Positions 48,160 to 58,789 of a DNA stretch of 64,000 bases are shown here, in pieces; the first letter of the stretch is position 1; each line of letters starts with the position of its first letter. This DNA is from Terriglobia bacterium (GTDB lineage Bacteria > Acidobacteriota > Terriglobia > 20CM-2-55-15), in contig CAXWPJ010000006.1 of NCBI GenBank assembly GCA_963664115.2, positions 32,001 to 96,000 of the forward strand. Direction: 5' to 3'. The position numbers were made by a program, and so were the translations under genes. The notes beneath the pieces are model-generated. The model worked only from the letters and a program-made list of their open reading frames with translations. It ran no database searches and was not told the origin of the DNA.

Positions 48160-49377
48160 ATGAAAAAGTTCCGGTTTATCCATGCAGCCGATCTGCATCT
48201 GGATAGCCCGTTTCGTGGTTTGGCCCAAAGCTCGCCACGCCTCAGGGATTTGTTGCATTCGGCAACGTTCCAGGCCCTGGACCGCATTGTGGGGCACGCA
48301 ATAGTGTCGCAGTCGGATTTCGTGCTTCTGGCCGGGGACCTTTACGACTCTTCCGATCGAAGTTTGCGTGCGCTTGTCGAGTTTCGCCGCCAGATGGAAC
48401 GTCTGGCCGAACACGACATCGGTGCTTACGTCGTACATGGCAACCACGATCCGCTGAACGGTTGGGGGAGTGAGTTCAAAATGCCTCCGAACGTGTGTGT
48501 TTTTGGCGGTGAGGTCCGGGAGCAGGCTGTCATTTCCCGAGGGCGTGAGCTCGCACGGGTCTCGGGTATCAGCTACACGCAGGAACGCGTTACGGAAAAT
48601 CTGGCGAAGTCGTTTAAGCCGGCACCGGAAGGTGTTTATTCAATTGCCATGCTGCATGCGAATGTCGGACACCAGTCCGGGCACGCCGACTACGCGCCGG
48701 CCGCTATCACTGACCTCACCGATTCCGGATTTGACTATTGGGCCCTGGGTCACGTTCATACGCGTGCGGTTCTTTCCTCTGCACCGGCCGTTGTGTATCC
48801 GGGCAACCCCCAGGGACGCCACGGGCGGGAAACCGGCCCCAGAGGCTGCTTCCAGGTGGATGTCGATACCAGCGGTCGAACCCACTTGAAATTTGTCGAA
48901 ACAGATGTCGTCCGGTGGGCGGGCCTGGATGTTTCCATCACAGATCACACGCGTGTAGACGGTCTCTTAGACGGATTGAGGGAGCGCGCCACTCAGATTG
49001 AAGAGCAATTCGAGGGTCCGACGGTTATTCGCTGTCGCATCGTCGGCAACGGAGCCCTGCATACCGATCTCGGGCGCGACGGTGTCCGGGAGCAACTGCA
49101 GCAGGAATTGGCGACGACATTCGATATCGAATCTCTACGCATCGTGACCGGCCCTGCCCTCGACCGTGAACGCCTGATGGAGACCGAGCCGCTTGTGGGC
49201 GATCTTCTCCGGTTAGTCGAAAGAGCCCGCGCAGACTCCGCTTACAGGGACACTCTTGGGGAGAGTCTGGGTCCGCTGTTCAGGAAGCGGGGACTGCAGG
49301 CTCCCGACCCGGAACGTCTTGCCGAATGGATTGAAAAAGCGGGTGGTCTCGGTGTGGACCTGCTCTTAACTCCTTAG
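48160..49377 (+). CDS. Mre11/SbcD-like (YhaO-type) metallophosphoesterase
   Basis: DLHLD, AGDLYD, GNHD, ALGHVH, YPGNPQGR. Confidence 0.88.
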   Translation: MKKFRFIHAADLHLDSPFRGLAQSSPRLRDLLHSATFQALDRIVGHAIVSQSDFVLLAGDLYDSSDRSLRALVEFRRQMERLAEHDIGAYVVHGNHDPLNGWGSEFKMPPNVCVFGGEVREQAVISRGRELARVSGISYTQERVTENLAKSFKPAPEGVYSIAMLHANVGHQSGHADYAPAAITDLTDSGFDYWALGHVHTRAVLSSAPAVVYPGNPQGRHGRETGPRGCFQVDVDTSGRTHLKFVETDVVRWAGLDVSITDHTRVDGLLDGLRERATQIEEQFEGPTVIRCRIVGNGALHTDLGRDGVREQLQQELATTFDIESLRIVTGPALDRERLMETEPLVGDLLRLVERARADSAYRDTLGESLGPLFRKRGLQAPDPERLAEWIEKAGGLGVDLLLTP

Positions 49378-49404
49378 CGGAATCGCTTCCCTGGAGAGCA
49401 AGAA

Positions 49405-49494
49405 TTTTCAACACGAAGATCACGAAGGCAAAATGTTCATAAAAAATCCAATCCTCGTGTTCCTTCGTGCCCTTCGTTACCTTCGTGTTGAAAA
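49405..49494. repeat. intergenic hairpin built from CACGAAG/CTTCGTG subunits
   Basis: TTTTCAACACGAAGATCACGAAGG ... CCTTCGTTACCTTCGTGTTGAAAA; related copy at 56789-56872. Confidence 0.65.
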
Positions 49495-49526
49495 AACTTG
49501 AAAGATCTGGCTCGCAGGATTTTCTC

Positions 49527-51890
49527 ATGAAGATCACAGACATTCATCTCGATGGGTTTGGCGTCTGGAACGACTGTGGCTGGTCGGAACTGTCTCCGAG
49601 TCTGAACGTGTTTCACGGCCCCAACGAAACCGGTAAGACCACGTTGATGAGTTTCGTGCGCGCAATGCTCTTTGGTTTTGAGCGGCGTACGCACCCCCGC
49701 CGTTATGAGCCGCTGCGGGGAGGTAACCACGGAGGGATTCTCGACGTTCTTGTCCGCGGACAGAAGATTCAGGTCGCAAGGAAGGCAGGCCGTCATGTTC
49801 GCGGAAAGGTCACGATTCGCTCGAGCGACCCGGAAGCGGATGTCGCATCATTCGGGGGTGAGGGCAGTGATGAGCAGGTACTTGAGCGTTTGCTGGGAGG
49901 TACAACGCGGACGCTGTACCACAACGTGTTTGCTTTCGGATTGGAAGAATTGGAGCACTTCCGAACGCTCGAGGAAAGTGACGTTGCTTCACATATATCC
50001 GGGGCGGGCATGGGGGTCGGTGCCAGCCGTTGGAGCCGAGTGTGGAAGGACATCGAAGAGCGTCGGAGTAAGCTGTTCCTTCCCCGCGGACAGAATTCCA
50101 GGATTAACCGCGCGCTGGGGGAGCTGGAATCGGTTCGGGATGAGTTGGAAGCCACCGACGGTGAACCTGAGGATTACCTTGCTGCCGCCGAACAACGAGA
50201 TTTGATCGATGCCGAAATCCACCAGTTTGAGCAACAGTTGGGACCACTCAGAAAGCGAATTGCCCGTTACACGAAGCTCGGAGAAGCCGAACCCAATCAG
50301 AGAAGACGGGCTGAGATCGAAGCGGAGTTGGGGCAACTCGATGAAATCGACAGTTTTCCCCCCGGCGGTGTCGAGAGGCTGAATCTACTGTTGCATCAGG
50401 GTCGTGGGCTCGCCGAGGAGATCGAGAGCCAGCGGGTCGAAACGGAAAGGATACGGGCAGAGCGCCTCGAGCTGGCGTGCAGGTACACACCGCAGGAATT
50501 GATTCGCCGCAGCCGTTCTGTGGATTCGCTCCGGACGCTGTTGCCTCGCAGAGACTTGGCCGAGGAGAGGGTTGCCGATTCTGTCGCAAAGCGGGACGGC
50601 TTTCAAAGCGAGTCGTCTCGAATCCGGTCGCGACGCAACCGAACTCGGCCTCCTTCGCCTCTGGCCACCGCTATATTCATGGCTATCGTTGCCTCGGGTG
50701 CGGTCGGGCTGGTTCTGGCCCGACAGGACATCGCTGGAGGCCTTGTCGTTGCTGTCCTGGCACTCGTGGGTGTCTGGTACTACCGGAGAGGGCAGAAGAC
50801 GGAGGCAGTGAACCGCGAGCTCCAGGCGTCTGAGGGGCGTCTGCGGTCCGCGGAGGACGAACTGTCACGCCTGAAGGCCGAATCCCAGAGAGTGTTTCGG
50901 ACGATAGTCGAGTTGAGCGGTCGGGGCGATTTGTCCTTTGTGGATCTGGAAAGAGAGAACCTGAGAATTCAGGAATTGACGGAAATGGCTGACCGCATTC
51001 GCTCGATAGACGAAACCCTGGTCAACGAAGAGCGCCAGAGGGACCGGATCCGCCGGAGGGTTGAGGCAAACGGAACCGATATCCAGTCTTTATTGAGGCA
51101 AGCGGGGACCGTTTCGGAAAGCGATTTTTTCAAGAGAGCGGAGGTGTTTTTCCAGCGAAAACAGCTTTTCGATGAGTTGGCACGGACGCCTGGTATTGAG
51201 GTTGAGACCGATTCCGAAACGCAGGATATCGAGGCGTTTGATCCCGAGGCTTACCGGAAAACGCTTGCGGAACTTGAACGTGTCGAGGAAGAACTGCGCC
51301 GGGCACGGACCGAGGCTGGAAGGCTGGAAGAAAGGACCTCTGCCCTGGGCCGCAGCGAGGAGCGTTCCCGCGCCCGGCTCCGTCAGGAATCTATCCTGGC
51401 CGGGATTGATGAGGCTGCTGAGGAATGGGCTGTCTTGACGCTTTGCCGCACTTTGTTGGACGAGACACGCCGCATATACGAGACGGAGCGGCAACCTGAG
51501 GTGCTCAGACACGCTTCCGAGTTCTTCTCTTGTATGTCTGGAGGCCGATGGAGTCGGGTCGTCGCTGGGTTGGACGGCGACGATATTTTCGTGGAGTCGG
51601 GGGAGGGAAACCGCGTTTTGCCTGAGAACCTGAGTCGCGGGACGGGCGAGCAGCTGTATTTGTCCATGCGGCTGGCTCTCGTTCGGGAGTATGCCCAGCA
51701 TGTGGAGCCACTCCCAGTGATATTCGATGACATATTCGTCAACTTCGATCCGGAAAGGACACGGCGTTCCGTGGAAGCGGTCCGCGAACTTTCCAGGACC
51801 CACCAAGTACTGCTATTTACCTGCCACCCCCACCTGCTGGAACTCGTTGAGGAAATTGTGCCCGACGCGAAGGTCTATCCACTACAATAG
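49527..51890 (+). CDS. YhaN-like SMC/AAA ATPase with internal membrane segment
   Basis: GPNETGKTT, coiled coils, two central hydrophobic helices, LSRGTGEQLY, FDDIFVNFD, FTCH. Confidence 0.88.
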   Translation: MKITDIHLDGFGVWNDCGWSELSPSLNVFHGPNETGKTTLMSFVRAMLFGFERRTHPRRYEPLRGGNHGGILDVLVRGQKIQVARKAGRHVRGKVTIRSSDPEADVASFGGEGSDEQVLERLLGGTTRTLYHNVFAFGLEELEHFRTLEESDVASHISGAGMGVGASRWSRVWKDIEERRSKLFLPRGQNSRINRALGELESVRDELEATDGEPEDYLAAAEQRDLIDAEIHQFEQQLGPLRKRIARYTKLGEAEPNQRRRAEIEAELGQLDEIDSFPPGGVERLNLLLHQGRGLAEEIESQRVETERIRAERLELACRYTPQELIRRSRSVDSLRTLLPRRDLAEERVADSVAKRDGFQSESSRIRSRRNRTRPPSPLATAIFMAIVASGAVGLVLARQDIAGGLVVAVLALVGVWYYRRGQKTEAVNRELQASEGRLRSAEDELSRLKAESQRVFRTIVELSGRGDLSFVDLERENLRIQELTEMADRIRSIDETLVNEERQRDRIRRRVEANGTDIQSLLRQAGTVSESDFFKRAEVFFQRKQLFDELARTPGIEVETDSETQDIEAFDPEAYRKTLAELERVEEELRRARTEAGRLEERTSALGRSEERSRARLRQESILAGIDEAAEEWAVLTLCRTLLDETRRIYETERQPEVLRHASEFFSCMSGGRWSRVVAGLDGDDIFVESGEGNRVLPENLSRGTGEQLYLSMRLALVREYAQHVEPLPVIFDDIFVNFDPERTRRSVEAVRELSRTHQVLLFTCHPHLLELVEEIVPDAKVYPLQ

Positions 51891-51895
51891 GCTCC

Positions 51896-52267
51896 GTGGC
51901 TGACCCAAAGGACGCCCGGGATAATTTCAAGGATGTCGCGATCGAGGATGGTACGTTCAAGGACACGCGCACCTTGGTCCGATTTTCCGGGGACAAGATG
52001 CAGAAAGTACCTCTTTTCGGATCCGAGAGGTACTTCTGTGACCTGTATTGCCTGCAACCGGGACAGCACCAGCGAATTCACAGCCACTCCGAATCTGACA
52101 AAATCTACTATGTGATTGAGGGGCGGGGGATGCTCCACATCGCGGGAGAAGAACGCGAGTGTACTGCCGGGGATGCTATCATCGCGCGACCGGGGGAAGA
52201 GCACGGCGTGAAAAATGAGAGTGAAATCAATCTGGTATTGCTTGTCTTCATGACTCCACGGCCCTAG
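51896..52267 (+). CDS. cupin-domain protein
   Basis: HSH...IYYVIEG.G and PGEEHGV.N motifs. Confidence 0.85.
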   Translation: MADPKDARDNFKDVAIEDGTFKDTRTLVRFSGDKMQKVPLFGSERYFCDLYCLQPGQHQRIHSHSESDKIYYVIEGRGMLHIAGEERECTAGDAIIARPGEEHGVKNESEINLVLLVFMTPRP

Positions 52268-52268
52268 C

Positions 52269-54115
52269 CCCTGAACAAGCGTGATTGACGAGGAAATGAT
52301 AGTGCAATAAGAGCGGAAGTACCCGAAATGCCCCCTCTCCGTGCGAAAAAAACCTTGAACAGATTCTTCGGAAAAGGAGGCATTTCAGATGAACGATTAT
52401 ACGCGCAAGAACATGAGGAACCGCAAGCGGCGAATCGAACGTCGGCTTGGGGACCGGCATTGGACGGATCAGGTAGAGCCGATGTTTTCGGCGAGCAACA
52501 TTCAGTACGAGATGGGAGAGCGGACGCGGGGCACATCGGTTGGTGGTATCGGGACGATGCAACTGGTGGCGCGGCGGACCGGGCTGATCGAAGCCATCGA
52601 CAAGGGCGTGCATGTGTTGAAGCGGCACCTGCCGTATCACGAGTCGGATCACGTGCTGAACATCGCCTACAACGCCTTGAGCGGAGGAACGTGCCTGGAA
52701 GACATCGAACTGCGGCGCAACGATGCGGTGTATCTGGATGCGCTGGGAGCGCAACGGATTCCGGATCCGACGACGGCGGGAGACTTCTGCCGGAGATTCG
52801 AGGCCGACGACGTGGAGTGTCTGATGGAGGCAACCAATCAAGTCCGGCTCGGAGTCTGGCGACAGCAACCGGCGGCGTTTTTCGAAGAAGCGGTGTTGGA
52901 CGCGGACGGGACACTGGCCGAAACCACGGGGGAATGCAAGCAAGGGATGGACGTGGCCTACGACGGGACGTGGGGATATCACCCGCTGATGATCTCGCTG
53001 GCCAACACCGCCGAACCGCTGTATCTGGTCAATCGTAGCGGCAACCGGCCGTCGCATGAAGGAGCCGCGGTCCGGTTCGACCAAGCCATCGCATTGTGCC
53101 GGCATGCGGGGTTTCGCCAGATCCTGCTGCGCGGGGACACGGACTTCAGCCAGACCCGGCATCTGGACGGATGGGACGACCAGCAGGTGGGTTTCATATT
53201 CGGGATTGACGCGATGGCGAACCTGAAGGCCCGGGCCGATGAACTGGAGCCGCGCCAGTGGAAGCGCCTGGAACGGCCCGCGAAATACGACGTGGCGACC
53301 GAACCGCGCCAACGTCCCGACAACGTGAAGGAAGAGATCGTTCGGCAGCGCGGTTTCGACAATATCCGCTTGCAGGGTGAGGATGTGGCCGAGTTTCGGT
53401 ATCGACCCGGAGCCTGCGATCGGGACTACCGTGTCGTCGTGGTGCGGAAGAATCTGTCGGTGGCCAAAGGAGAGCAGGTGTTGTTTGACGACATCCGGTA
53501 CTTCTTCTACATTACCAACCGTTCGGATCCGGCCGACCAGATTGTGATGCGTGCCAATCAACGGTGCAATCAGGAGAATCTCATTGAGCAGTTGAAGAAC
53601 GGCGTTCAGGCGTTGCGGATGCCGGTCGGAGATCAGACCAGCAACTGGGCCTACATGGTGATCGCGTCACTGGCCTGGACACTGAAAGCGTGGTTTGCAT
53701 TGCTGCTTCCCGAAACCGGACGTTGGGGCCAAAAATATCAGGCTGAGAAGCAAACCGTGCTGCGCATGGAGTTCAAAACCTTCTTGAACGCTTTCATGCT
53801 TGTGCCGTGCCAACTCGTGCGCACCGGGCGGCGCATTCTGTTCCGGATCCTGGCCTGGAACCGGTGGTTGCCGGTCTTGTTCCGCGGGGTGGATGTGTTG
53901 CGTCAGCCTCTGCGATGTTGACCCGATCATGACTCTGAGCCCGGGCGATCGAGGTCCCGGTTTCTGTCAACCGTCCAACACCAGCGAGGCTGAACTGAAA
54001 CAGATTCAACAGAAACTCGATACCTGGAACAGGCCATCCGGGAACGGGATTCTATGCCTCGAATTCTATCGGCGCGAACTGGGCCTCGGCGGACTGGTTA
54101 TGCGCTTGTTTTGGG
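52269..54115 (+). mobile_element. IS1380-family insertion sequence, copy 2 (1847 bp)
   Basis: Inverted copy of 3630..5476; flanks CCTAGC / ACTAGC; inserted at the cupin stop codon. Confidence 0.92.
52389..53921 (+). CDS. IS1380-family transposase
   Basis: Protein identical to 3824..5356. Confidence 0.9.
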   Translation: MNDYTRKNMRNRKRRIERRLGDRHWTDQVEPMFSASNIQYEMGERTRGTSVGGIGTMQLVARRTGLIEAIDKGVHVLKRHLPYHESDHVLNIAYNALSGGTCLEDIELRRNDAVYLDALGAQRIPDPTTAGDFCRRFEADDVECLMEATNQVRLGVWRQQPAAFFEEAVLDADGTLAETTGECKQGMDVAYDGTWGYHPLMISLANTAEPLYLVNRSGNRPSHEGAAVRFDQAIALCRHAGFRQILLRGDTDFSQTRHLDGWDDQQVGFIFGIDAMANLKARADELEPRQWKRLERPAKYDVATEPRQRPDNVKEEIVRQRGFDNIRLQGEDVAEFRYRPGACDRDYRVVVVRKNLSVAKGEQVLFDDIRYFFYITNRSDPADQIVMRANQRCNQENLIEQLKNGVQALRMPVGDQTSNWAYMVIASLAWTLKAWFALLLPETGRWGQKYQAEKQTVLRMEFKTFLNAFMLVPCQLVRTGRRILFRILAWNRWLPVLFRGVDVLRQPLRC

Positions 54116-54179
54116 ACTAGCATGGATTTCCGAATAGGATGAAGTCCCGCTCCGGAGTACCGGCATCCGGCGGGGAGGT

Positions 54180-55235
54180 TTGGATATGGGACGAAACGCA
54201 CAGTTGATTCGCCAGTGGGCGATCCTCAAGCAGATCGAAAGCACGCGCTGGAGCACAATTCCCCAACTGGCTTCGCGCCACACCGTTTCGACGAAGACTA
54301 TTCGTCGGGATCTGGCGGCGCTTATGGAAGCAGGGTTTCCTCTCTATGACGAACGCTATGATGGGAAGGTCTACTGGCGCCTGGCCGAAGATTACAAGGG
54401 ACTTCCCTTAGCGAACCTATCTCTTTCAGAGTTGGCGGCGCTGTACTTCAGTAGAAATGTCGTCGGAGCTTTGGCCGCACCGCCCTTTTCGGAAGACATC
54501 GATTCGGCCTTCAAGAAGATTGAAGGGGCACTGCCGGAAAAGAACATTGCCTTCTTCGACAGCCTGGATTCGATGATATCTGTCCGTGCCGATGCGCCAA
54601 AGGATCTCGAAGCGCACAAGCAAACGGTTCAAACCCTGATGGACGCGATGAGCGGGGACCATCGCATACGAATGGACTATTTTTCAGTCCACAGCCAGAA
54701 GCGGAAGACCTACACCGTGCACCCCTATCGTTTGATGTATTTTCGGGGTGGCCTCTACCTGTTCGGATTCGTGGAAGAATACGATCAGATCCGCACCTTC
54801 GCTGTCGAAAGGATCGAGGAACTTGAGAAACTGGCGGACACCTTCGAGAAACCGTCGGACTTTTCCGTTGAAACCTATCTTGAATCTTCGTTCGGTCTTG
54901 TGAAAGAGGACCCGTTTGACGTCGAAATTCTATTCAAACCGGACGTCGCCTCTTACGTGCGTTCCCGCCTGTGGCACCCCTCACAAGAAGTGCGCGAGGT
55001 GGGCGGCGGCGAAATCGTGATGCACCTCCATGTGGGCGGTGAATTTGAATTGAGTGCCTGGATATTGAGTTTCGGTCCATCCGCAATTGTCCTGTCGCCG
55101 GAGAAACTGCGTCGACGTGTCGAATCCGATCTGGCCCGGACGTTGGACAGTTATCGTGTCGAGGTCACAGTGGCCCCTTCACGTGCCAAGTCCAAGAGGA
55201 AATCGCGTAAGGCGCAGGGTGCCTCAAAGCGTTAG
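54180..55235 (+). CDS. HTH-WYL-domain transcriptional regulator (YafY/PafB-like)
   Basis: VSTKTIRRDL HTH; VHPYRL...LYL.G...RTFAVERI; WILSFG. Confidence 0.88.
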   Translation: MDMGRNAQLIRQWAILKQIESTRWSTIPQLASRHTVSTKTIRRDLAALMEAGFPLYDERYDGKVYWRLAEDYKGLPLANLSLSELAALYFSRNVVGALAAPPFSEDIDSAFKKIEGALPEKNIAFFDSLDSMISVRADAPKDLEAHKQTVQTLMDAMSGDHRIRMDYFSVHSQKRKTYTVHPYRLMYFRGGLYLFGFVEEYDQIRTFAVERIEELEKLADTFEKPSDFSVETYLESSFGLVKEDPFDVEILFKPDVASYVRSRLWHPSQEVREVGGGEIVMHLHVGGEFELSAWILSFGPSAIVLSPEKLRRRVESDLARTLDSYRVEVTVAPSRAKSKRKSRKAQGASKR

Positions 55236-55328
55236 GGGATTTACAGGTACAGAGCCCTGTTCTCCTGACACGCTACGTTTGAATTCTCCCGTTCATCGGG
55301 AAGATCAGCCTTTGACCCGAATTCCCTG

Positions 55329-56720
55329 ATGTGGCATGAAGACATTCTCGCCGTGATTGGCAACACGCCGCTGGTTCGCCTGAACAAGGTAAGCCGCGGC
55401 CTCGCCCCCACCATTCTGGCAAAGCTCGAATACATGAATCCTGGAGGTAGCGTAAAGGATCGTATAGGGATCCAGATGCTCGAGGACGCAGAAAAACAGG
55501 GTCAGATCACCCCAGGCGGCACGATCATCGAAGGGACCTCGGGTAATACCGGCATGGGCCTGGCGCTCGCGGCTGCTGTCAAAGGGTACCAGTGCATTTT
55601 CACGATGCCGGACAAGATGAGTCAGGAGAAGATCGATGCGCTCAGGGCCCTGGGAGCGAAAGTCATCGTCACCCCGACTCAGGTTGAACACAACGATCCC
55701 CGGAGCTACCATTCTGTTGCACGTCGTCTGAACCGGGAAATTCCAAACAGTATATTTCCGGACCAGTATTCAAACATGTCCAACACCGAGGCCCATTACC
55801 TGACGACGGGACCGGAAATCTGGGAACAAACCGGGGGCAAAGTAACACACGTGGTTGTTGGCGTGGGCACAGGGGGCACGATCAGTGGTACGGCCCGCTT
55901 TCTTAAGGAGAAGAATTCGGACATTCGTGTTATTGGCGTAGATCCCGTGGGCTCGATCTTCGTCGAGATGTTTCGAACCGGCGTACGACCGGATCCCCAA
56001 CCTTACAAGGTGGAAGGCATCGGGCAGGACGAGAAGCCGCTCAACCTGGACTTTGAAGTGGTTGATGAAATGTATTCGGTATCCGACAAGGATTCATTTG
56101 TAATGACGCGCAAACTGGCGCGGATGGAGGGCGTTTTCGCCGGCGGTTCTTCGGGCTCAGCCGTCCACATAGCGCTCGAGTGTGCCAGCAGGCTCGACGA
56201 GAGTGCGCTGATGGTGGTGATCATCGCGGATTCCGGTACGCGGTACCTGAGTAAGATTTACAACGACAACTGGATGAGGGAGAACCAGTACTTCGAACAG
56301 ACCTTGAACATCCGGGCGAGTGAAGTCGTCGAAAGCAAGAAGCGCCGGGTTGCGGGGCTACTTTCAATTCCCTTGGCGACGTCCGTTCAAGATGCAGTCA
56401 GCCTGATGCGGGAACACGCCATATCTCAGATTCCCATCTTCGAAAGCGACAGTGTTTTGGGAAGCATAAGCGAGGCCCGCATACTGGATACACTGATCGC
56501 GGATCCGGCTGCACGTAACAAACCGGTCGCCGAGTATATGGAAGAGCCGTTTCCGGTCCTGCCAAAAGAGGCCTCGATCAACATGGTCGCCGAACACATG
56601 AAACAGAACACGACAGCCGTCCTTGTCCAGTTGGAGAACGGCTTCGATATCATCACGAAGTCCGACCTGATTCTGTTCCTGACCCGCCTTCAGTCAACGT
56701 CGGAAGACCCCCTCCGTTAG
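55329..56720 (+). CDS. cystathionine beta-synthase with C-terminal CBS domains
   Basis: NPGGSVKDRI, TSGNTG, GVGTGGT, YKVEGIG, RYLSKIYNDNW, CBS pair. Confidence 0.88.
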   Translation: MWHEDILAVIGNTPLVRLNKVSRGLAPTILAKLEYMNPGGSVKDRIGIQMLEDAEKQGQITPGGTIIEGTSGNTGMGLALAAAVKGYQCIFTMPDKMSQEKIDALRALGAKVIVTPTQVEHNDPRSYHSVARRLNREIPNSIFPDQYSNMSNTEAHYLTTGPEIWEQTGGKVTHVVVGVGTGGTISGTARFLKEKNSDIRVIGVDPVGSIFVEMFRTGVRPDPQPYKVEGIGQDEKPLNLDFEVVDEMYSVSDKDSFVMTRKLARMEGVFAGGSSGSAVHIALECASRLDESALMVVIIADSGTRYLSKIYNDNWMRENQYFEQTLNIRASEVVESKKRRVAGLLSIPLATSVQDAVSLMREHAISQIPIFESDSVLGSISEARILDTLIADPAARNKPVAEYMEEPFPVLPKEASINMVAEHMKQNTTAVLVQLENGFDIITKSDLILFLTRLQSTSEDPLR

Positions 56721-56788
56721 ATAACTCAGAAACGGCGGAAGACCTTCGCTTCACCTGAACCACTCCAAATTGACGAAACATTCGGAGC

Positions 56789-56872
56789 TTAAACACGAAG
56801 GCACGCAGATCACGAAGTCCCTGATTTTCGTTCTTCGTGTTCCTCCGTTGACATCGAGAGCTTCGTGTTGAA
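56789..56872. repeat. CACGAAG-type intergenic hairpin
   Basis: AACACGAAG...CACGAAG ... CTTCGTG...CTTCGTGTT. Confidence 0.55.
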
Positions 56873-57010
56873 ATGTATTAGCGTCGTTACGATTGGAGTT
56901 CTCTCATGTTATATTCGATAGTAGGTGTAGCCCGTCAGAGCATTTCGTACGAAATACCCTAAAAAACTAAGAGACACTTTTCTAATCAGAACGATCTGAA
57001 GGAGGATCGA

Positions 57011-57376
57011 ATGAGTGAGAAAGTGTCGGCAGAGAATCGGGTACGAGAGATTCGTCGAAAGACGCGCAAGAAGTACTCGTCTGAGGAGAAAGTGCGGATC
57101 GTGTTGGAAGGGTTGCGAGGCGAAGAGAGCATCGCAGAACTGTGCCGACGCGAAGGGATTCCGTCAAATCTGTATTACCGGTGGAGCAAGGACTTCCTGG
57201 AGGCGGGGAAGAAACGGCTGGCTGGGGACACGAAGCGGGAAGCGACATCGAGCGAAGTCACCGAGTTGCGGCAGGAAAACGATCAGTTGAAGCAGGTCGT
57301 GGCCGAAATACTGCTAAAGAATCGTTTTCTGAAAAAAACGTTGAACGTAACGGACTCCGAGAGCATCGATATATGA
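57011..57376 (+). CDS. transposase OrfA (HTH)
   Basis: YSSEEKVRIVLEGL...IAELCRREGI..NLYY.W. Confidence 0.85.
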   Translation: MSEKVSAENRVREIRRKTRKKYSSEEKVRIVLEGLRGEESIAELCRREGIPSNLYYRWSKDFLEAGKKRLAGDTKREATSSEVTELRQENDQLKQVVAEILLKNRFLKKTLNVTDSESIDI

Positions 57377-58356
57377 GGCAATCGGGATCTGAGAAGCTGG
57401 AGACGATCCGAGTGGTGGAAGACTCGGAGTTGTCGGTGACAGCGACCCTCCGGGAGCTGGGCGTCCCCCGCAGCACGTTCTACGGTTGGTATCGACGATA
57501 CAAAGAGCGTGGCGCAGCCGGCTTGTTAGATCGGCATTCCGGCCCCGGCTTCTGCTGGAACCGGATTCCGGGACCGGTGCGGGAACAGGTGGTCGAAACC
57601 GCGTTGAACCACCCGGAAGCCTCACCGCGGGAACTGGCCTGGCAGATCACCGACACCCAGGACTACTTCATCTCCGAATCCAGCGTGTATCGGATTCTGA
57701 AGAGATGCGACCTGATCACCAGTCCCGCATACATCGTGATGACGGCCAGCGATCACTTCCAGCAGCCAACCCGGCGTGTGAACGAACTCTGGCAAACTGA
57801 TTTCACTTACTTCAGGGTCGTCGGTTGGGGTTGGTACTACCTGTCGACCGTGCTGGACGATTACTCTCGCTACATCATCGCCTGGAAGCTCTTTCAAACC
57901 ATGGCCGCATCTGACGTTCAGGACACGCTGGACGTTGCACTACAGGCGACAGATGTCGGACAAGTACAAGTCCGGCACCGACCGCGATTGTTGAGCGACA
58001 ACGGCCCCTGCTACGTATCGCACGAACTCAAAGACTATTTACAACGTCGTGGTATGGAACACACCCGGGGTGCGCCCTATCACCCGATGACACAGGGCAA
58101 GATCGAACGCTATCACCGTTCGATGAAGAACGTGGTCAAGTTGGAACACTACTATTATCCGTGGGAACTTGAGCAGGCGATCGCGCAATGGGTCGAACAC
58201 TACAACCACCATCGGTATCACGAATCTCTGAACAACGTGACACCGGCTGACGTGTTCTTCGGGAGGGATCAGCAGATCCTTGCACGTCGTGACCAGATCA
58301 AAAGAAAAACGCTGGCTCGACGCAAAATCGAGAACCTTAGGATTGGAGTGGTATAA
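57373..58356 (+). CDS. transposase OrfB (rve/DDE integrase core)
   Basis: WQTDFTY, LSDNG, GKIERYH. Confidence 0.88.
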   Translation: MRQSGSEKLETIRVVEDSELSVTATLRELGVPRSTFYGWYRRYKERGAAGLLDRHSGPGFCWNRIPGPVREQVVETALNHPEASPRELAWQITDTQDYFISESSVYRILKRCDLITSPAYIVMTASDHFQQPTRRVNELWQTDFTYFRVVGWGWYYLSTVLDDYSRYIIAWKLFQTMAASDVQDTLDVALQATDVGQVQVRHRPRLLSDNGPCYVSHELKDYLQRRGMEHTRGAPYHPMTQGKIERYHRSMKNVVKLEHYYYPWELEQAIAQWVEHYNHHRYHESLNNVTPADVFFGRDQQILARRDQIKRKTLARRKIENLRIGVV

Positions 58357-58789
58357 CTTCAAAACCGTCTCTTAGCTAAATGGTCTTTTTGTCCGAATTA
58401 TTCTGACGACGTACAGTAAGTCGGCTGACCACCTATTTCTTCCCGTCCTTGAGGTGTACGATCCGCTCCTGCGTTGCGTTCATTGCAACGTGTTCGCTTA
58501 CCAGGAAACCGTAAAACAACTGGCCAAGAGACGCCCGTATCCCGTTGATGATGAAGCGCGTATCCCTCTCAGAGCGACACCCTTTTTACAGCGCTATCTG
58601 CAGCGACGTCTCAGTCGACATCTACAGCGATTGTGGCTTACGCTTGTAAAGGTCTGGCCTTCGATGTTCCCGGGAAAGTCCGCTGACTCGCGCGCCCGCG
58701 CCGCCCATTAGACCGCCCTGGGCCCCACCCGCAACGGATTGTCACTTTACGGTAGACTTAAAGTCTAGTCTTTAGATTGGAGAGAGTCT

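Larger units (their letters stand above)
56926..58415 (+). mobile_element. IS3-family-type insertion sequence (1490 bp)
   Basis: Ends TGTAGCCCGTCAGA / TCTGACGACGTACA; flanks GTAGG / GTAAG; two ORFs offset by -1 with an A7 run at 57332-57338. Confidence 0.88.

Noticed and set aside
58454-58711. 85-aa ORF with LQR-like repeats, or a riboswitch upstream of cysteine synthase
   Set aside because: No recognisable protein motif and no SAM-riboswitch or T-box consensus that I could identify.
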